The notes: generated by a model not told the origin, from the letters alone. DNA of 64,000 bases from Lentisphaerota bacterium (GCA_015061665.1 SUWC01000003.1:23292-87291), one strand, 5' to 3'. Positions 27,959-37,592 are shown, numbered from the stretch's first letter. A program made the numbers and translations.

Positions 27959-30900
27959 ATGAACCAGCAAGCCAAATACGAACAGCAAGGGCTCTACAGG
28001 AGCGAATACGAACACGATGCGTGCGGCGTCGGAATGGTCGCAAACCTCTCCGGCGAGGCGAGCCACGACATTGTCCAGAAGGGAATGACGATTCTCAAGC
28101 GCCTGATGCACCGCGGCGCGACGGGGAACGATCCGGAGACTGGCGACGGCGCAGGGCTCCTCATGAAGATTCCGCATGCGTTCTTCAGGAAGGCTTTAGC
28201 CGCAAAGAACGCAAAGAACGAAGAGCCATTCGCCGTCGCGATGATCTTCGGCGGAGAAGGCGAAGAGGACAAGATCGAGGCGGCCGTCAAGGGCGAGGGG
28301 TGCAAGGTCCTCGCATGGCGCGACGTTCCGACAAACCCCGACGCGATCGGACGCGACGCGCGCAGCGTAATGCCGCGGATAAGGCAGGTGTTCATCGGGA
28401 CTTCAGACTTCGGACCCAAGACTTCTGCTGCTGACGTCCAATGTCTGAAGTCCGAAGTCTCTTCCTTCGAACTTCAACTCTACGTCATCAGACGCCTGAT
28501 AGAGAAAAACACCAAGAACACATACGTCTGCTCCTGCTCGTCGCGCACCGTCGTCTACAAGGGGCTTCTTCTTGCGACTCAGATCGAGAAGTTCTACCCC
28601 GACCTCTCCGACCCCGACTTCGTCTCGCCGTTTGCAATAGTGCACCAGCGCTACTCGACGAACACCTTCCCGTCGTGGGAGCTCGCGCACCCCTTCCGCG
28701 CAATCGCGCACAACGGCGAGATCAACGCGCTCAAGGGCAACCTCAACGCTCTTGCGGCGCGAGAGCCGTCGCTCAGGTGGCCGGAAGCGGGGCGGCCGGA
28801 GTCCGCCCCCTACCAGGTGGACCTTAAGAAGATTCTGCCGCTGATCGACAAGGGGCAGTCCGACTCGGCTTCGCTGGACAACATCTTCGAGCTCCTGGTA
28901 GCGGCGGGACGCGACGCGCCGCACGCGATGATGATGCTCGTCCCGCAGGCGTGGGGCAGGAAATACCACATGGGACACGACGTGCGCGCGTTCTACGAGT
29001 ACCACTCCGCGCTGATGGAGCCTTGGGACGGACCGGCCGCGCTCGCCTTCACCGACGGCATCAGCCTCGGTGCCGCCCTCGACCGCAACGGGTTGCGCCC
29101 TGCCAGGTGGACGCTTACAAGGGACGGCCTTTTCGTCCTCGCGTCGGAAACAGGCGTGCTTGACATCGCGCCCGAAAACATAGCGCGCCACGGCAGGCTG
29201 AAGCCCGGTTCGCTTCTCTGGCTCGACCTCGCGAAGCACCGCCTGATGGAGGACGCCGAGCTCAAGACGTACTGCGCGCGCCGCAGACCATACCGCCGCT
29301 GGGTGAAGGAGAACCACATCCCCGTCACGGGACTATTCACCGAAATCGTGCCGTCGAAATTGGGGAATGGGGAATGGGGAATGGGGAATGGGATTGCACG
29401 CGAACAAAACCGCTTTGGCTGGACGCTGGAGGACATCGAGCTAATTCTCCGCCCGATGGCGGAAACGGGACACGAACCGGTTGGCGCGATGGGAAACGAC
29501 GCCGCGCTTGCGGCGCTCTCACGCAAGCCGCGCATTCTCTTCGACTACTTCCACCAGCTCTTCGCTCAGGTCACGAACCCGCCGATCGATCCGATCCGCG
29601 AGGAACTCGTGATGTCGATCATGACCTACATCGGAAACGAGGGGAACATACTCGCCGAGACTCCGGCGCACGCTCGTCTCGTGAAGATGACGCGACCGGT
29701 CCTGACCGACGACGAACTCGCGCGACTCAGGAACATCCCCGATTTCCCTGCGAAGACGCTTTCAATGTGCGTCGGGGAATGGGAAACTGGGAATGGGGAA
29801 CCGGGGTGGCTGAAGGCCGCGCTTGACAGGCTTGCCGCCGACGCGATTGAAGCAGTGAAGGAAGGCGCGAAGATAGTTATCCTTTCCGATAGGAAATTGC
29901 TTTCGCCGCTGGGAGATAAGGAGACTAGGAGTTTGGGAGATTCTGAGGAAAGATCTCCAAGTCTCCCAAACTCCAAAACTCCAAGTAGCGAAAGCAAAAA
30001 GCGAATCCCGTCCCTCCTCGCGGTTGCCGCGGTGAACAAGGCGCTCGTCGAAGCGGGGGCGCGTCCGTCAGTCGGCATCATCGTTGAATCCGGCGAGGTG
30101 CGCGAAGTGCACCACTTCGCCGTCCTGCTCGGCTTCGGCGCAACGGCCGTCAACCCGTGGCTTGCCCTTGCGACAGTATCCGAGATCGGGAAGTCCGACA
30201 CAGTGAAGGCAGCTGCGAACTACGTGTCCGCAGTCTGCAAGGGCCTGATGAAGATCATGTCGAAGATGGGCATCTCGACACTGCGCTCCTACCGCTCGGC
30301 GCGCATCTTCGAGGCCGTCGGCCTCGGTCCGAAGATCGTCGCCGAGTATTTCACCGGCGTCACATCGCCCGTGGGCGGACTGGAGCTGGAGGATATCGAG
30401 AAGATAGCTGGAGTGAAAAGTTGGAGTTCGAGAAATGAAGAAAACAACTCCACTCTCGAACTCCAACTCGAAACTCCAACTCTCCCTCCCGGCGGCGAGT
30501 ATCGCTTCCGCAAGGGCGGCGAGGAGCATCTCTGGTCTCCGCAGCGGCTCGTCGACTTCCGCGAGTCCGTGCGCCACAATGACTACGCGCGCTTCCACCG
30601 CTATACCGACGACATTGACTCCAATAGCCATGTCACATTGAGATCTCAACTGGAATTTAAGAGTTCGACAGGATTTACAGGATTGGAAAGCGTAAACAAT
30701 CCTGATAATCCTGTAAATCCTGTCAAAAACAACATCGAGTCCGTCGACTCCATAGTGAAGCATTTCGTTGGCGGGGCGATGTCGCTCGGCTCGCTTTCCC
30801 CTGAGGCGCACGAGACGATCGCGCTCGCGCTGAACGGACTCAGCACGATGTCCAACTCCGGCGAAGGCGGCGAAAACCCAGAGCGCTTCGGCACGGAAAA

Positions 30901-32605
30901 GAACAGCGCCATCAAGCAGGTGGCGTCCGGACGCTTCGGCGTGACGATCGAGTACCTTCGCAGCGCAAAGGACCTCCAGATCAAGCTCGCGCAGGGCGCG
31001 AAGCCGGGCGAGGGCGGACAGCTCCCCGCGCACAAGGTAAACGAGTTCGTCGCGCGCCTGAGGCATGCGAAGCCCGGCACGACGCTGATCTCGCCTCCGC
31101 CGCACCACGACATCTACTCGATCGAGGACCTCGCGCAACTGATATACGACCTCAAGTGCGCGAACCCCGCCGCGCGCGTCTCGGTGAAGCTTGTTTCCGA
31201 AGCGGGCGTGGGAACGATCGCGGCAGGCGTCGCGAAGGCGCACGCGGACGTAATCGTGATATCCGGCTTCGACGGCGGTACGGGCGCCGCTCCGCTTACT
31301 TCGATGAAGCACGCGGGACTTCCATGGGAAGTCGGTCTTGCCGAGGCGCATCAGACGCTCGTAAAGAACAACCTGCGCGACCGCGTGAAGCTCCAGGTCG
31401 ACGGACAGCTCCGCACCGGACGCGACATCGTCATCGCCGCGATGCTCGGCGCGGACGAGTTCGCGTTCGGCACCTCGATGCTCGTCGCGCTCGGGTGCGT
31501 GCAGTGCCGCAACTGCAACCTCAACTGCTGCCCCGTCGGAATCGCGACGCAGAAGGAGGAGCTTCGCTGCAAATTCGCAGGAAAGCCAGAACATCTGCAG
31601 TCCTACTTCCGCTTCCTCGCCGAGGAGGTTCGCGAGCATCTCGCCGCGCTGGGACTGAAGTCGCTCGCCGAGGCACGCGGACGCGCCGATCTCCTGAAGG
31701 CGAAGGACGGCTCGAGATTTGACTTTGCCGCGCTGCTGGCAAAGGAAGGGACTTCAGACCTCGGACTTCAGACTTCAGTTGTCGAAAGTCCGAAGTCCGA
31801 GGTCTCGTGGCTTCAAAACTACGACTTCCGCGAGCTAATACCTGCGGTCGAGAAAGGCGAGACGCGACTCGAGCGCACAATCTCCAACAGCGACCGCTCC
31901 GTCGGCGCTGCGCTCTCGGGCTGGCTTGTCGCCAATCGTTGCTCCGATGGACAAGTTCCCAGTCCTGACGGTCGAACTGCGTTCGACCTATCCATAGCCT
32001 TCGCCGGCGTGGCCGGCCAGTCGTTCGGCGCTTTCCTCGCCAAGGGCGTAACCTTCGACCTCTCGGGCGAAGCCAACGACTACATCGGCAAGTCGCTCTC
32101 CGGCGGCGTGATAACGATAAGGCCGCCGAAAGGCGCGGCGTTTCCGCCAGAGGGCAACGTCATCGCGGGCAATGTGGTCGCCTACGGCGCGACGTCGGGC
32201 GGGATATTCGTCAACGGCCTCGCAGGCGAGCGCTTCGGCATCAGGAATTCCGGCGCGACGCTCGTCGCAGAGGGCGTTGGAGACCACGGCTGCGAATACA
32301 TGACGGGCGGCAAGGTCGTGATCATCGGCCCTGTCGGCGTCAACTTCGCGGCTGGCATGACTGGCGGCGTAGCGTACGTCTACGACGAAAAGGCGACGCT
32401 CGACCTCAACTGCAACCTGGATTCAGTCGATCTCTTCCCCGTGGAGGAGAACTCCGATGACGAAGCGGCGCTCATCGCCCTTCTGAAGGAGCACTTCGTC
32501 CGCACAAGCTCTCCCAAGGCGAAGCGGATACTCGAAGACTGGGACACCGAGCGCCCGAAATTCGCCAAGGTTCTCCCTATCGCAACCGGGAGAAGTATGG
32601 TATAA
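27959..32605 (+). CDS. gltB: Glutamate synthase large subunit, with at least 8 in-frame repeat insertions
   Basis: Motifs EHDACGVG, HQRYSTNTFPSW, FAQVTNPPIDPIRE, QGAKPGEGGQLP, GCEYMTGG. Confidence 0.98.
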   Translation: MNQQAKYEQQGLYRSEYEHDACGVGMVANLSGEASHDIVQKGMTILKRLMHRGATGNDPETGDGAGLLMKIPHAFFRKALAAKNAKNEEPFAVAMIFGGEGEEDKIEAAVKGEGCKVLAWRDVPTNPDAIGRDARSVMPRIRQVFIGTSDFGPKTSAADVQCLKSEVSSFELQLYVIRRLIEKNTKNTYVCSCSSRTVVYKGLLLATQIEKFYPDLSDPDFVSPFAIVHQRYSTNTFPSWELAHPFRAIAHNGEINALKGNLNALAAREPSLRWPEAGRPESAPYQVDLKKILPLIDKGQSDSASLDNIFELLVAAGRDAPHAMMMLVPQAWGRKYHMGHDVRAFYEYHSALMEPWDGPAALAFTDGISLGAALDRNGLRPARWTLTRDGLFVLASETGVLDIAPENIARHGRLKPGSLLWLDLAKHRLMEDAELKTYCARRRPYRRWVKENHIPVTGLFTEIVPSKLGNGEWGMGNGIAREQNRFGWTLEDIELILRPMAETGHEPVGAMGNDAALAALSRKPRILFDYFHQLFAQVTNPPIDPIREELVMSIMTYIGNEGNILAETPAHARLVKMTRPVLTDDELARLRNIPDFPAKTLSMCVGEWETGNGEPGWLKAALDRLAADAIEAVKEGAKIVILSDRKLLSPLGDKETRSLGDSEERSPSLPNSKTPSSESKKRIPSLLAVAAVNKALVEAGARPSVGIIVESGEVREVHHFAVLLGFGATAVNPWLALATVSEIGKSDTVKAAANYVSAVCKGLMKIMSKMGISTLRSYRSARIFEAVGLGPKIVAEYFTGVTSPVGGLELEDIEKIAGVKSWSSRNEENNSTLELQLETPTLPPGGEYRFRKGGEEHLWSPQRLVDFRESVRHNDYARFHRYTDDIDSNSHVTLRSQLEFKSSTGFTGLESVNNPDNPVNPVKNNIESVDSIVKHFVGGAMSLGSLSPEAHETIALALNGLSTMSNSGEGGENPERFGTEKNSAIKQVASGRFGVTIEYLRSAKDLQIKLAQGAKPGEGGQLPAHKVNEFVARLRHAKPGTTLISPPPHHDIYSIEDLAQLIYDLKCANPAARVSVKLVSEAGVGTIAAGVAKAHADVIVISGFDGGTGAAPLTSMKHAGLPWEVGLAEAHQTLVKNNLRDRVKLQVDGQLRTGRDIVIAAMLGADEFAFGTSMLVALGCVQCRNCNLNCCPVGIATQKEELRCKFAGKPEHLQSYFRFLAEEVREHLAALGLKSLAEARGRADLLKAKDGSRFDFAALLAKEGTSDLGLQTSVVESPKSEVSWLQNYDFRELIPAVEKGETRLERTISNSDRSVGAALSGWLVANRCSDGQVPSPDGRTAFDLSIAFAGVAGQSFGAFLAKGVTFDLSGEANDYIGKSLSGGVITIRPPKGAAFPPEGNVIAGNVVAYGATSGGIFVNGLAGERFGIRNSGATLVAEGVGDHGCEYMTGGKVVIIGPVGVNFAAGMTGGVAYVYDEKATLDLNCNLDSVDLFPVEENSDDEAALIALLKEHFVRTSSPKAKRILEDWDTERPKFAKVLPIATGRSMV
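30664..30729. repeat. Family A palindrome, in frame in gltB
   Basis: Encodes STGFTGLESVNNPDNPVNPVK. Confidence 0.93.
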
Positions 32606-32612
32606 TCTTCAC

Positions 32613-33539
32613 ATGACTCTTCAGCAGCTAAAATACTCCGATGCTGTGGCGACGTGCGGCTCGATAAGCGAAGCCGCGCGCCGCTGCTTTGTCACACAAC
32701 CATCCCTGACCGAGGCGCTGCACGCGCTTGAAGAGGAACTGCGGATCGCGATCTTCACGCGCTCAAGCCGCGGAGTGACGATAACGCACGAAGGTGAGGA
32801 ATTCCTGGCGTCCGCGCGCCAGATACTCGACGACGTCGCGCGAATCCAGGAGAAGTACACGGGCAAGGCCGTGCGCCGCCCGCAGTTTGCCGTATCCTGT
32901 CAGCACTACGCCTTTGCAGTCGAGGCGTTCATGGAGGTCGTGAAGTCAAACGACGCAAAATCCTACGACTTCACGCTCCGCGAGACCGTTACAAGCGAAA
33001 TAATAGACGATGTCGCACACCACCGCAGCGAAGTCGGGGTCCTATACCTCTCAAACAGGAACGAGCGCGCCATAAGGAAGCTCCTCCGGAACGAAGGTCT
33101 CCACTTCGAGGAACTATTTGCGTCGCATCCCCATGCATTCCTCGGCAGGCGGCATCCGCTCGCCCAGAAAAGTTCCATTACCATAGGGGAGCTGGACGAC
33201 TTTCCCTACATAACCTTCGAACAAGGGACTGAAAACGCCCTTTACTTCGCGGAGGAAATCGTGCCGGCGATCGACAGGCCAAAGAACATCCGGGTGCGCG
33301 ACCGCGCGACAATGACAAACCTGATCCTCGGGCTGAACGGCTACACGATTGCATCGGGGGCGCTTTCGCGCGAGCTCAACGGACCGGATGTCGTCGCCGT
33401 CGAACTCGAAAGCGACGACATCATCCACGTTGGCCTGATATTCTGCGCCGGAATCGGGCGCTCCGTAGCATGCACCAACTTTGTTGATTCCATACGCAGA
33501 TGCTGCGTCGACCGAAGCTTCGAGGACTCCGGTCTGTGA
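32613..33539 (+). CDS. LysR family transcriptional regulator
   Basis: N-terminal HTH MTLQQLKY..GSISEAARRCFVTQPSLT. Confidence 0.93.
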   Translation: MTLQQLKYSDAVATCGSISEAARRCFVTQPSLTEALHALEEELRIAIFTRSSRGVTITHEGEEFLASARQILDDVARIQEKYTGKAVRRPQFAVSCQHYAFAVEAFMEVVKSNDAKSYDFTLRETVTSEIIDDVAHHRSEVGVLYLSNRNERAIRKLLRNEGLHFEELFASHPHAFLGRRHPLAQKSSITIGELDDFPYITFEQGTENALYFAEEIVPAIDRPKNIRVRDRATMTNLILGLNGYTIASGALSRELNGPDVVAVELESDDIIHVGLIFCAGIGRSVACTNFVDSIRRCCVDRSFEDSGL

Positions 33540-33590
33540 CACCCGCCAGAGGCCCGTCCCCGCTACGGGGACAGGCCCTGGCTGTCGCCG

Positions 33591-36167
33591 TTACTTGGCG
33601 CTGACCCCGTTGCGAGTAGCCTTGATGAACGGAATCGAGCCGTCGGGGTTGCGGACGTAGCGCTCGATGCAGGCGCTGCGACGACAGTCCGCCCCGCCCT
33701 CAAGCGTCGCGTTGTGGTAAAGCAGGTACCACTCGCCCTTGAAAAAGACGCTTCCGCCGTGGATCGTGCCTGTTCCCTCGGCGCAGTCCATAATCTTGCC
33801 GCCGTACGTCCACGGGCCGTGGATCGACTTCGCGGTGGAATACGCCCAGTGCTCCGGCACTCCGCCTGCCGCGTACTCGAGATAGTACGTGTCGCCGAGC
33901 TTGTATATCCACGGAGCCTCCTCGAAGTTCGTGTCGATCGGCTTGCGCGCACCGGCGCCGCGCGTCTTCTTGAGCGGCTTTCCGAACGCGGACTCCTCCA
34001 TCAGCCCGGGAATGGGCTTCACTTCGGAGGCGAGCTCGACCATGTTCTCCTTCAGCTCCGCGTACCAGCATCCGGGCGTGCCGCCGCAGTTGCCCCAGAA
34101 GAGATACGCCTTGCCGTCGTCGTCGATGAAGACCGAGGGATCGATAAATCCCGCGCCAGGTCCAACGAGCGGCTTTCCGATCGGGTCGGTCCAGGGACCC
34201 TCCGGTTTGTCCGCAACGGCAACGCCGATGCAGTCGCCGCGCGGATCAAGCCCGAATACCGCGACGTACCAGTACCACTTGCCGTCGCGCTTGATGGCCT
34301 GGCTGGCCCACGCGCGGTTGTTGCCAAGAGCCCACTTGAAGACCGCCGGAGTCATCACGGGACCAAGATCCTCCCACTCCTGCATGTCCTTCGTGCGGAC
34401 AACGCCCCAGTCGCGCATCGTGTAGCCGCCTGCATCGGGCTCGTCGTGTCCGGAGAACACATAGAGCCAATCGCCGTCGACGACCGCAGCTGGATCGGGG
34501 GTGAAGCGCGTCTTCACGATCGGATTGGATCCGTCGGACGTAAACGGCGCGTCGTCGCGCGGCGCGACGCGGAGATAGTCGAAGTCGGCGAAACCACCGA
34601 CTCCTTCGGCGGACGTCGAGAAGCAGCAGAGTCCGAACCTGTAGCCGATGAAGTGCGGAATCGTGTAGACGAGGTCGAACGCATCGCCGAACGGCGTCCA
34701 TCCCTTGCCGTCGAACGAGTAGTAGAACTTGCCCTTGTCGGTCGAAGCGGGAATCCCGCTGTAGTTAAGACTATCGCCCGGCGTGAAATCGCACACGGCC
34801 TTGAGCCAAACCTTCGTCGCGCCGTCCGGCAGCGCAACCTTCTGGCGCTCGCGAACCGCGCGGTTGATGCGCACGTTCTGCTTGTCGCGGCTCGGCACGA
34901 CGTCGGGCGACCAGAGGACAAGTTCCTTCTTTCCGCCGCGCACCCTGACCGCGACGAGCCCGTAGAGCTTCTGTATGAGCGTAAGTCCCGCGACATCGCC
35001 TTCCCTGAGGCCGGAGACGTCGATGCACGTCTCGCCTTCGCACGCGGGGCCGAACGTGCGCTGCGTAAGCGTGTTGCGCGCCTTGAGGAGATCGCCGTCT
35101 ACGCGCCCCGCCCTGATGCGCATGAAGCCGGGCCTTTCGGAGAGCGACCAGTTGGCGTCGTCCGGATTGTGGTTCCACTGCCACTGGAGTCCGAGCGTCG
35201 TGCCGTCGAATTCGTCGCTCGCGACACATCCGGGAACCTTCGCGCTGGTATCGCCCGATGCGTCCCTGACCTCGCGCGGCTGCACGACGGGCCAGTCGTC
35301 GACCCACTCCGTCTCGAGGATGTACGGGATGCGTCCGACGGCTCCGCGGTCTCCGAAGAGAACCGCCACCCAGCTGCCGTCGGGACGGTCGATGAAGGAA
35401 CCCTGCGCGATTCCCTCGCGCTCGAAGACGATGCGGCCCTCCCACGGTCCGTCGATCTTGCGCGAGCGGTGTACTATCACGCAGCGGCACGAGTTCTTCG
35501 GCCAGCCGATGTTGACGATGTAGTACCATCCGTTGCGCTTGAACACCTGCGTGCCCTCGCCGAGCCCGCTGCCTCCTGCGCAGTCCGTGACGTTGTCGAG
35601 GATGATCCGCCCGCCGTCGACGAAACCGGAGAAGTCCGGCTTCATCTCCGTGAGGCGCACCTTGTACGGACGCCCCGGAACCGTCGCGAAGACATAGAAG
35701 CGTCCATCCTCGATCCACAGCGACTCGTCGTACTGCTTGGGCGAGAGGCGGAAGAACTCCCAGTCGGACTTCGTCGGATCCTTCGTGCGGAAGAGGTACG
35801 TCGAGTTCACCTTGTTGTTGAAGCTCGTAACGTAGAAGAACCCGTCCTTCTCGTTGTAGCGTATCGACGACGCCCAGGTGCCGAGCCCGTAGTCGCTCGC
35901 GCCGTTCTCAAGCCTGTCCTGCGGACGGTCCTCGATCGTCTTGTAGCAGTAGCTTATGGTCTTCCAGTTGACGAGGTCCTTCGACGCCATCACCGGCACC
36001 CCGGGGTTGAAGTGCATGGTAGTGGAGACCATGTAGTACGTGTCGCCGACGCGAAGCGGCGCGACGTCGGGAACATCCGCCCACATCGCGGGCTCCAGCT
36101 GTGCCTGCGCCGTGAGCGCGAACAATGCGGACAAAGCCGCAAGAGAGGTTAGAATTGTGTTTTTCAT
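33591..36167 (-). CDS. Secreted tandem GH43 glycoside hydrolase (xylosidase/arabinofuranosidase-like)
   Basis: Signal peptide. First GH43 module (DVPD..YYMVSTTMH, WASSIR), a beta-sandwich (LQWQWNHNP), and a second GH43 module (TPDPAAVV, WASQ, IDPSVFIDDDG, FEEAPW). Confidence 0.92.
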   Translation of the reverse strand: MKNTILTSLAALSALFALTAQAQLEPAMWADVPDVAPLRVGDTYYMVSTTMHFNPGVPVMASKDLVNWKTISYCYKTIEDRPQDRLENGASDYGLGTWASSIRYNEKDGFFYVTSFNNKVNSTYLFRTKDPTKSDWEFFRLSPKQYDESLWIEDGRFYVFATVPGRPYKVRLTEMKPDFSGFVDGGRIILDNVTDCAGGSGLGEGTQVFKRNGWYYIVNIGWPKNSCRCVIVHRSRKIDGPWEGRIVFEREGIAQGSFIDRPDGSWVAVLFGDRGAVGRIPYILETEWVDDWPVVQPREVRDASGDTSAKVPGCVASDEFDGTTLGLQWQWNHNPDDANWSLSERPGFMRIRAGRVDGDLLKARNTLTQRTFGPACEGETCIDVSGLREGDVAGLTLIQKLYGLVAVRVRGGKKELVLWSPDVVPSRDKQNVRINRAVRERQKVALPDGATKVWLKAVCDFTPGDSLNYSGIPASTDKGKFYYSFDGKGWTPFGDAFDLVYTIPHFIGYRFGLCCFSTSAEGVGGFADFDYLRVAPRDDAPFTSDGSNPIVKTRFTPDPAAVVDGDWLYVFSGHDEPDAGGYTMRDWGVVRTKDMQEWEDLGPVMTPAVFKWALGNNRAWASQAIKRDGKWYWYVAVFGLDPRGDCIGVAVADKPEGPWTDPIGKPLVGPGAGFIDPSVFIDDDGKAYLFWGNCGGTPGCWYAELKENMVELASEVKPIPGLMEESAFGKPLKKTRGAGARKPIDTNFEEAPWIYKLGDTYYLEYAAGGVPEHWAYSTAKSIHGPWTYGGKIMDCAEGTGTIHGGSVFFKGEWYLLYHNATLEGGADCRRSACIERYVRNPDGSIPFIKATRNGVSAK

Positions 36168-36228
36168 GCCCCTATTTTAGCATTTTCGCACAATGCGAGC
36201 CACCCCCCATTTGGGGAGTACGCCAATT

Positions 36229-36849
36229 TCAGGAAAAATGCGCTTGCAGAGCGCCAAGAAGCCCGTCTAGCAGCTCAAGGGACTTCACGCCCGGGGATGT
36301 TTCGATTGAGCTGTTGACGTCAAGCACGTCCGCACCGGTCGCAGCCGCGTCGGCGATGTTGGCGGACGACAGTCCTCCCGCCAGGACGACGCGCCTGTTG
36401 GCGCGCTTCAGCTCCCCGACAAGCGACCAGTCCGCCCGCATCCCAGTCCCGCCGCAGCGCGCGCCGTCGCGTCCGTCAAGGAGAACTGCGTCTGCGGCCG
36501 TGTTCGCCGCGGCGTCCTGCGATTGAAGGAGCCAGACCTCATGGCCCCTCGATTTCAGGAAAGCGACGTCTTCAGCCGTGTATTCGCCGTGGAGCTGTGC
36601 AACGTCCAACTTTACGGACGACGCGATTTCGGCGATATCCGATGCGGAATGCCTTACGAAAACTCCGACAAAGCGCGGCAGATCTGCCGCGGACGCTCGC
36701 ACGGCGTCGACTATCCGCCGCGCCGCCTCGACGGAGACGCACCGCGGCGATTTTGCCGCGAAGATGAGCCCAAGGTAGTCGACGCCGCGCCGCGCCGCCT
36801 CGACTGCGAACGCGGCGTCGTTTATTCCGCACACCTTCAGGCGAGGCAT
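36229..36849 (-). CDS. trpF: Phosphoribosylanthranilate isomerase
   Basis: Motifs KVCGI, QLHGE, GGTG, LAGGL, DVNSSIE. Confidence 0.93.
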   Translation of the reverse strand: MPRLKVCGINDAAFAVEAARRGVDYLGLIFAAKSPRCVSVEAARRIVDAVRASAADLPRFVGVFVRHSASDIAEIASSVKLDVAQLHGEYTAEDVAFLKSRGHEVWLLQSQDAAANTAADAVLLDGRDGARCGGTGMRADWSLVGELKRANRRVVLAGGLSSANIADAAATGADVLDVNSSIETSPGVKSLELLDGLLGALQAHFS

Positions 36850-37592
36850 GGCTTCTTCCCGTCGGCTACGAGCTTCACCAGCGCGGAGCCGACAATGTAT
36901 CCATCGGCGTGGCGCGAAACCTCCTCGCCCTGCGCCTTCGTCGAGATGCCAAAGCCGGCCGCGACGGGAAGGTGCGACACGGCGCGGATCGACTCGAGGC
37001 GAGACGCGAGGTCGGCAGGCAGCTCGGTTCTCGCGCCGGTCGTGCCCTTTACGGTGATCACGTACAGGAACGAGTTGTCGAGCCCCTTCTCGCTTTCCCT
37101 GACACGCTCAATAGGCGTATTCGGCGCGATGAGCGGAATGTATCCGATTCCGTACGACCTGAGGACGCTCAGCAGCTCCTCCCGCTCCTCAAGCGGAAGG
37201 TCAACCGCGAGGACAGCGTCAACGCCAGCGTCCGCCGCGGCCTTCGCGAAGGTCTCGAGCCCCTTCGAGAAGATGAGGTTGTAGTACGAGAACAGGACGA
37301 ACCCAGTCTCGGGATGGCGGGCGCGGAGCCGCTTCGTAAGCTCCAGCACTCCGTCCAGCGTCGTGCCCTGCTTGAGGGCCTCGTACGCCGCCGAGCGGAT
37401 AACCCCGCCGTCCGCGAACGGATCTGAGAACGGGACGCCCAGTTCCACGATGTCGGCTCCCGATGCGATTACGTCGTCGATCGCCTGTTCGCTCTTTTCC
37501 ATCGTCGGGAAGCCAACTGTGAGATACGCGACAAAGGCGCCGCGCCCTTCCGACTTCGCCCTCGCGAAGGACTCTGTTATTCTCTGCTTCAT
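36837..37592 (-). CDS. trpA: Tryptophan synthase alpha chain
   Basis: Motifs ELGVPFSDPFADGGVI, GFGIST, IVGSA. Confidence 0.96.
   Translation of the reverse strand: MKQRITESFARAKSEGRGAFVAYLTVGFPTMEKSEQAIDDVIASGADIVELGVPFSDPFADGGVIRSAAYEALKQGTTLDGVLELTKRLRARHPETGFVLFSYYNLIFSKGLETFAKAAADAGVDAVLAVDLPLEEREELLSVLRSYGIGYIPLIAPNTPIERVRESEKGLDNSFLYVITVKGTTGARTELPADLASRLESIRAVSHLPVAAGFGISTKAQGEEVSRHADGYIVGSALVKLVADGKKPCLA

Noticed and set aside
3429-30729. Family A repeats interpreted as a CRISPR array or as inteins/introns
   Set aside because: The copies are dispersed and inverted rather than regularly spaced, and there are no cas genes. The inserts are only 20-30 aa, lack intein C/S...HN ends, and show no group I/II intron features.
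31936-31988. Possible further insert in gltB (CSDGQVPSPDGRTAFD) with hairpin GGTCGAAC..GTTCGACC
   Set aside because: Single copy in the window and in a naturally variable loop, so it was not counted.
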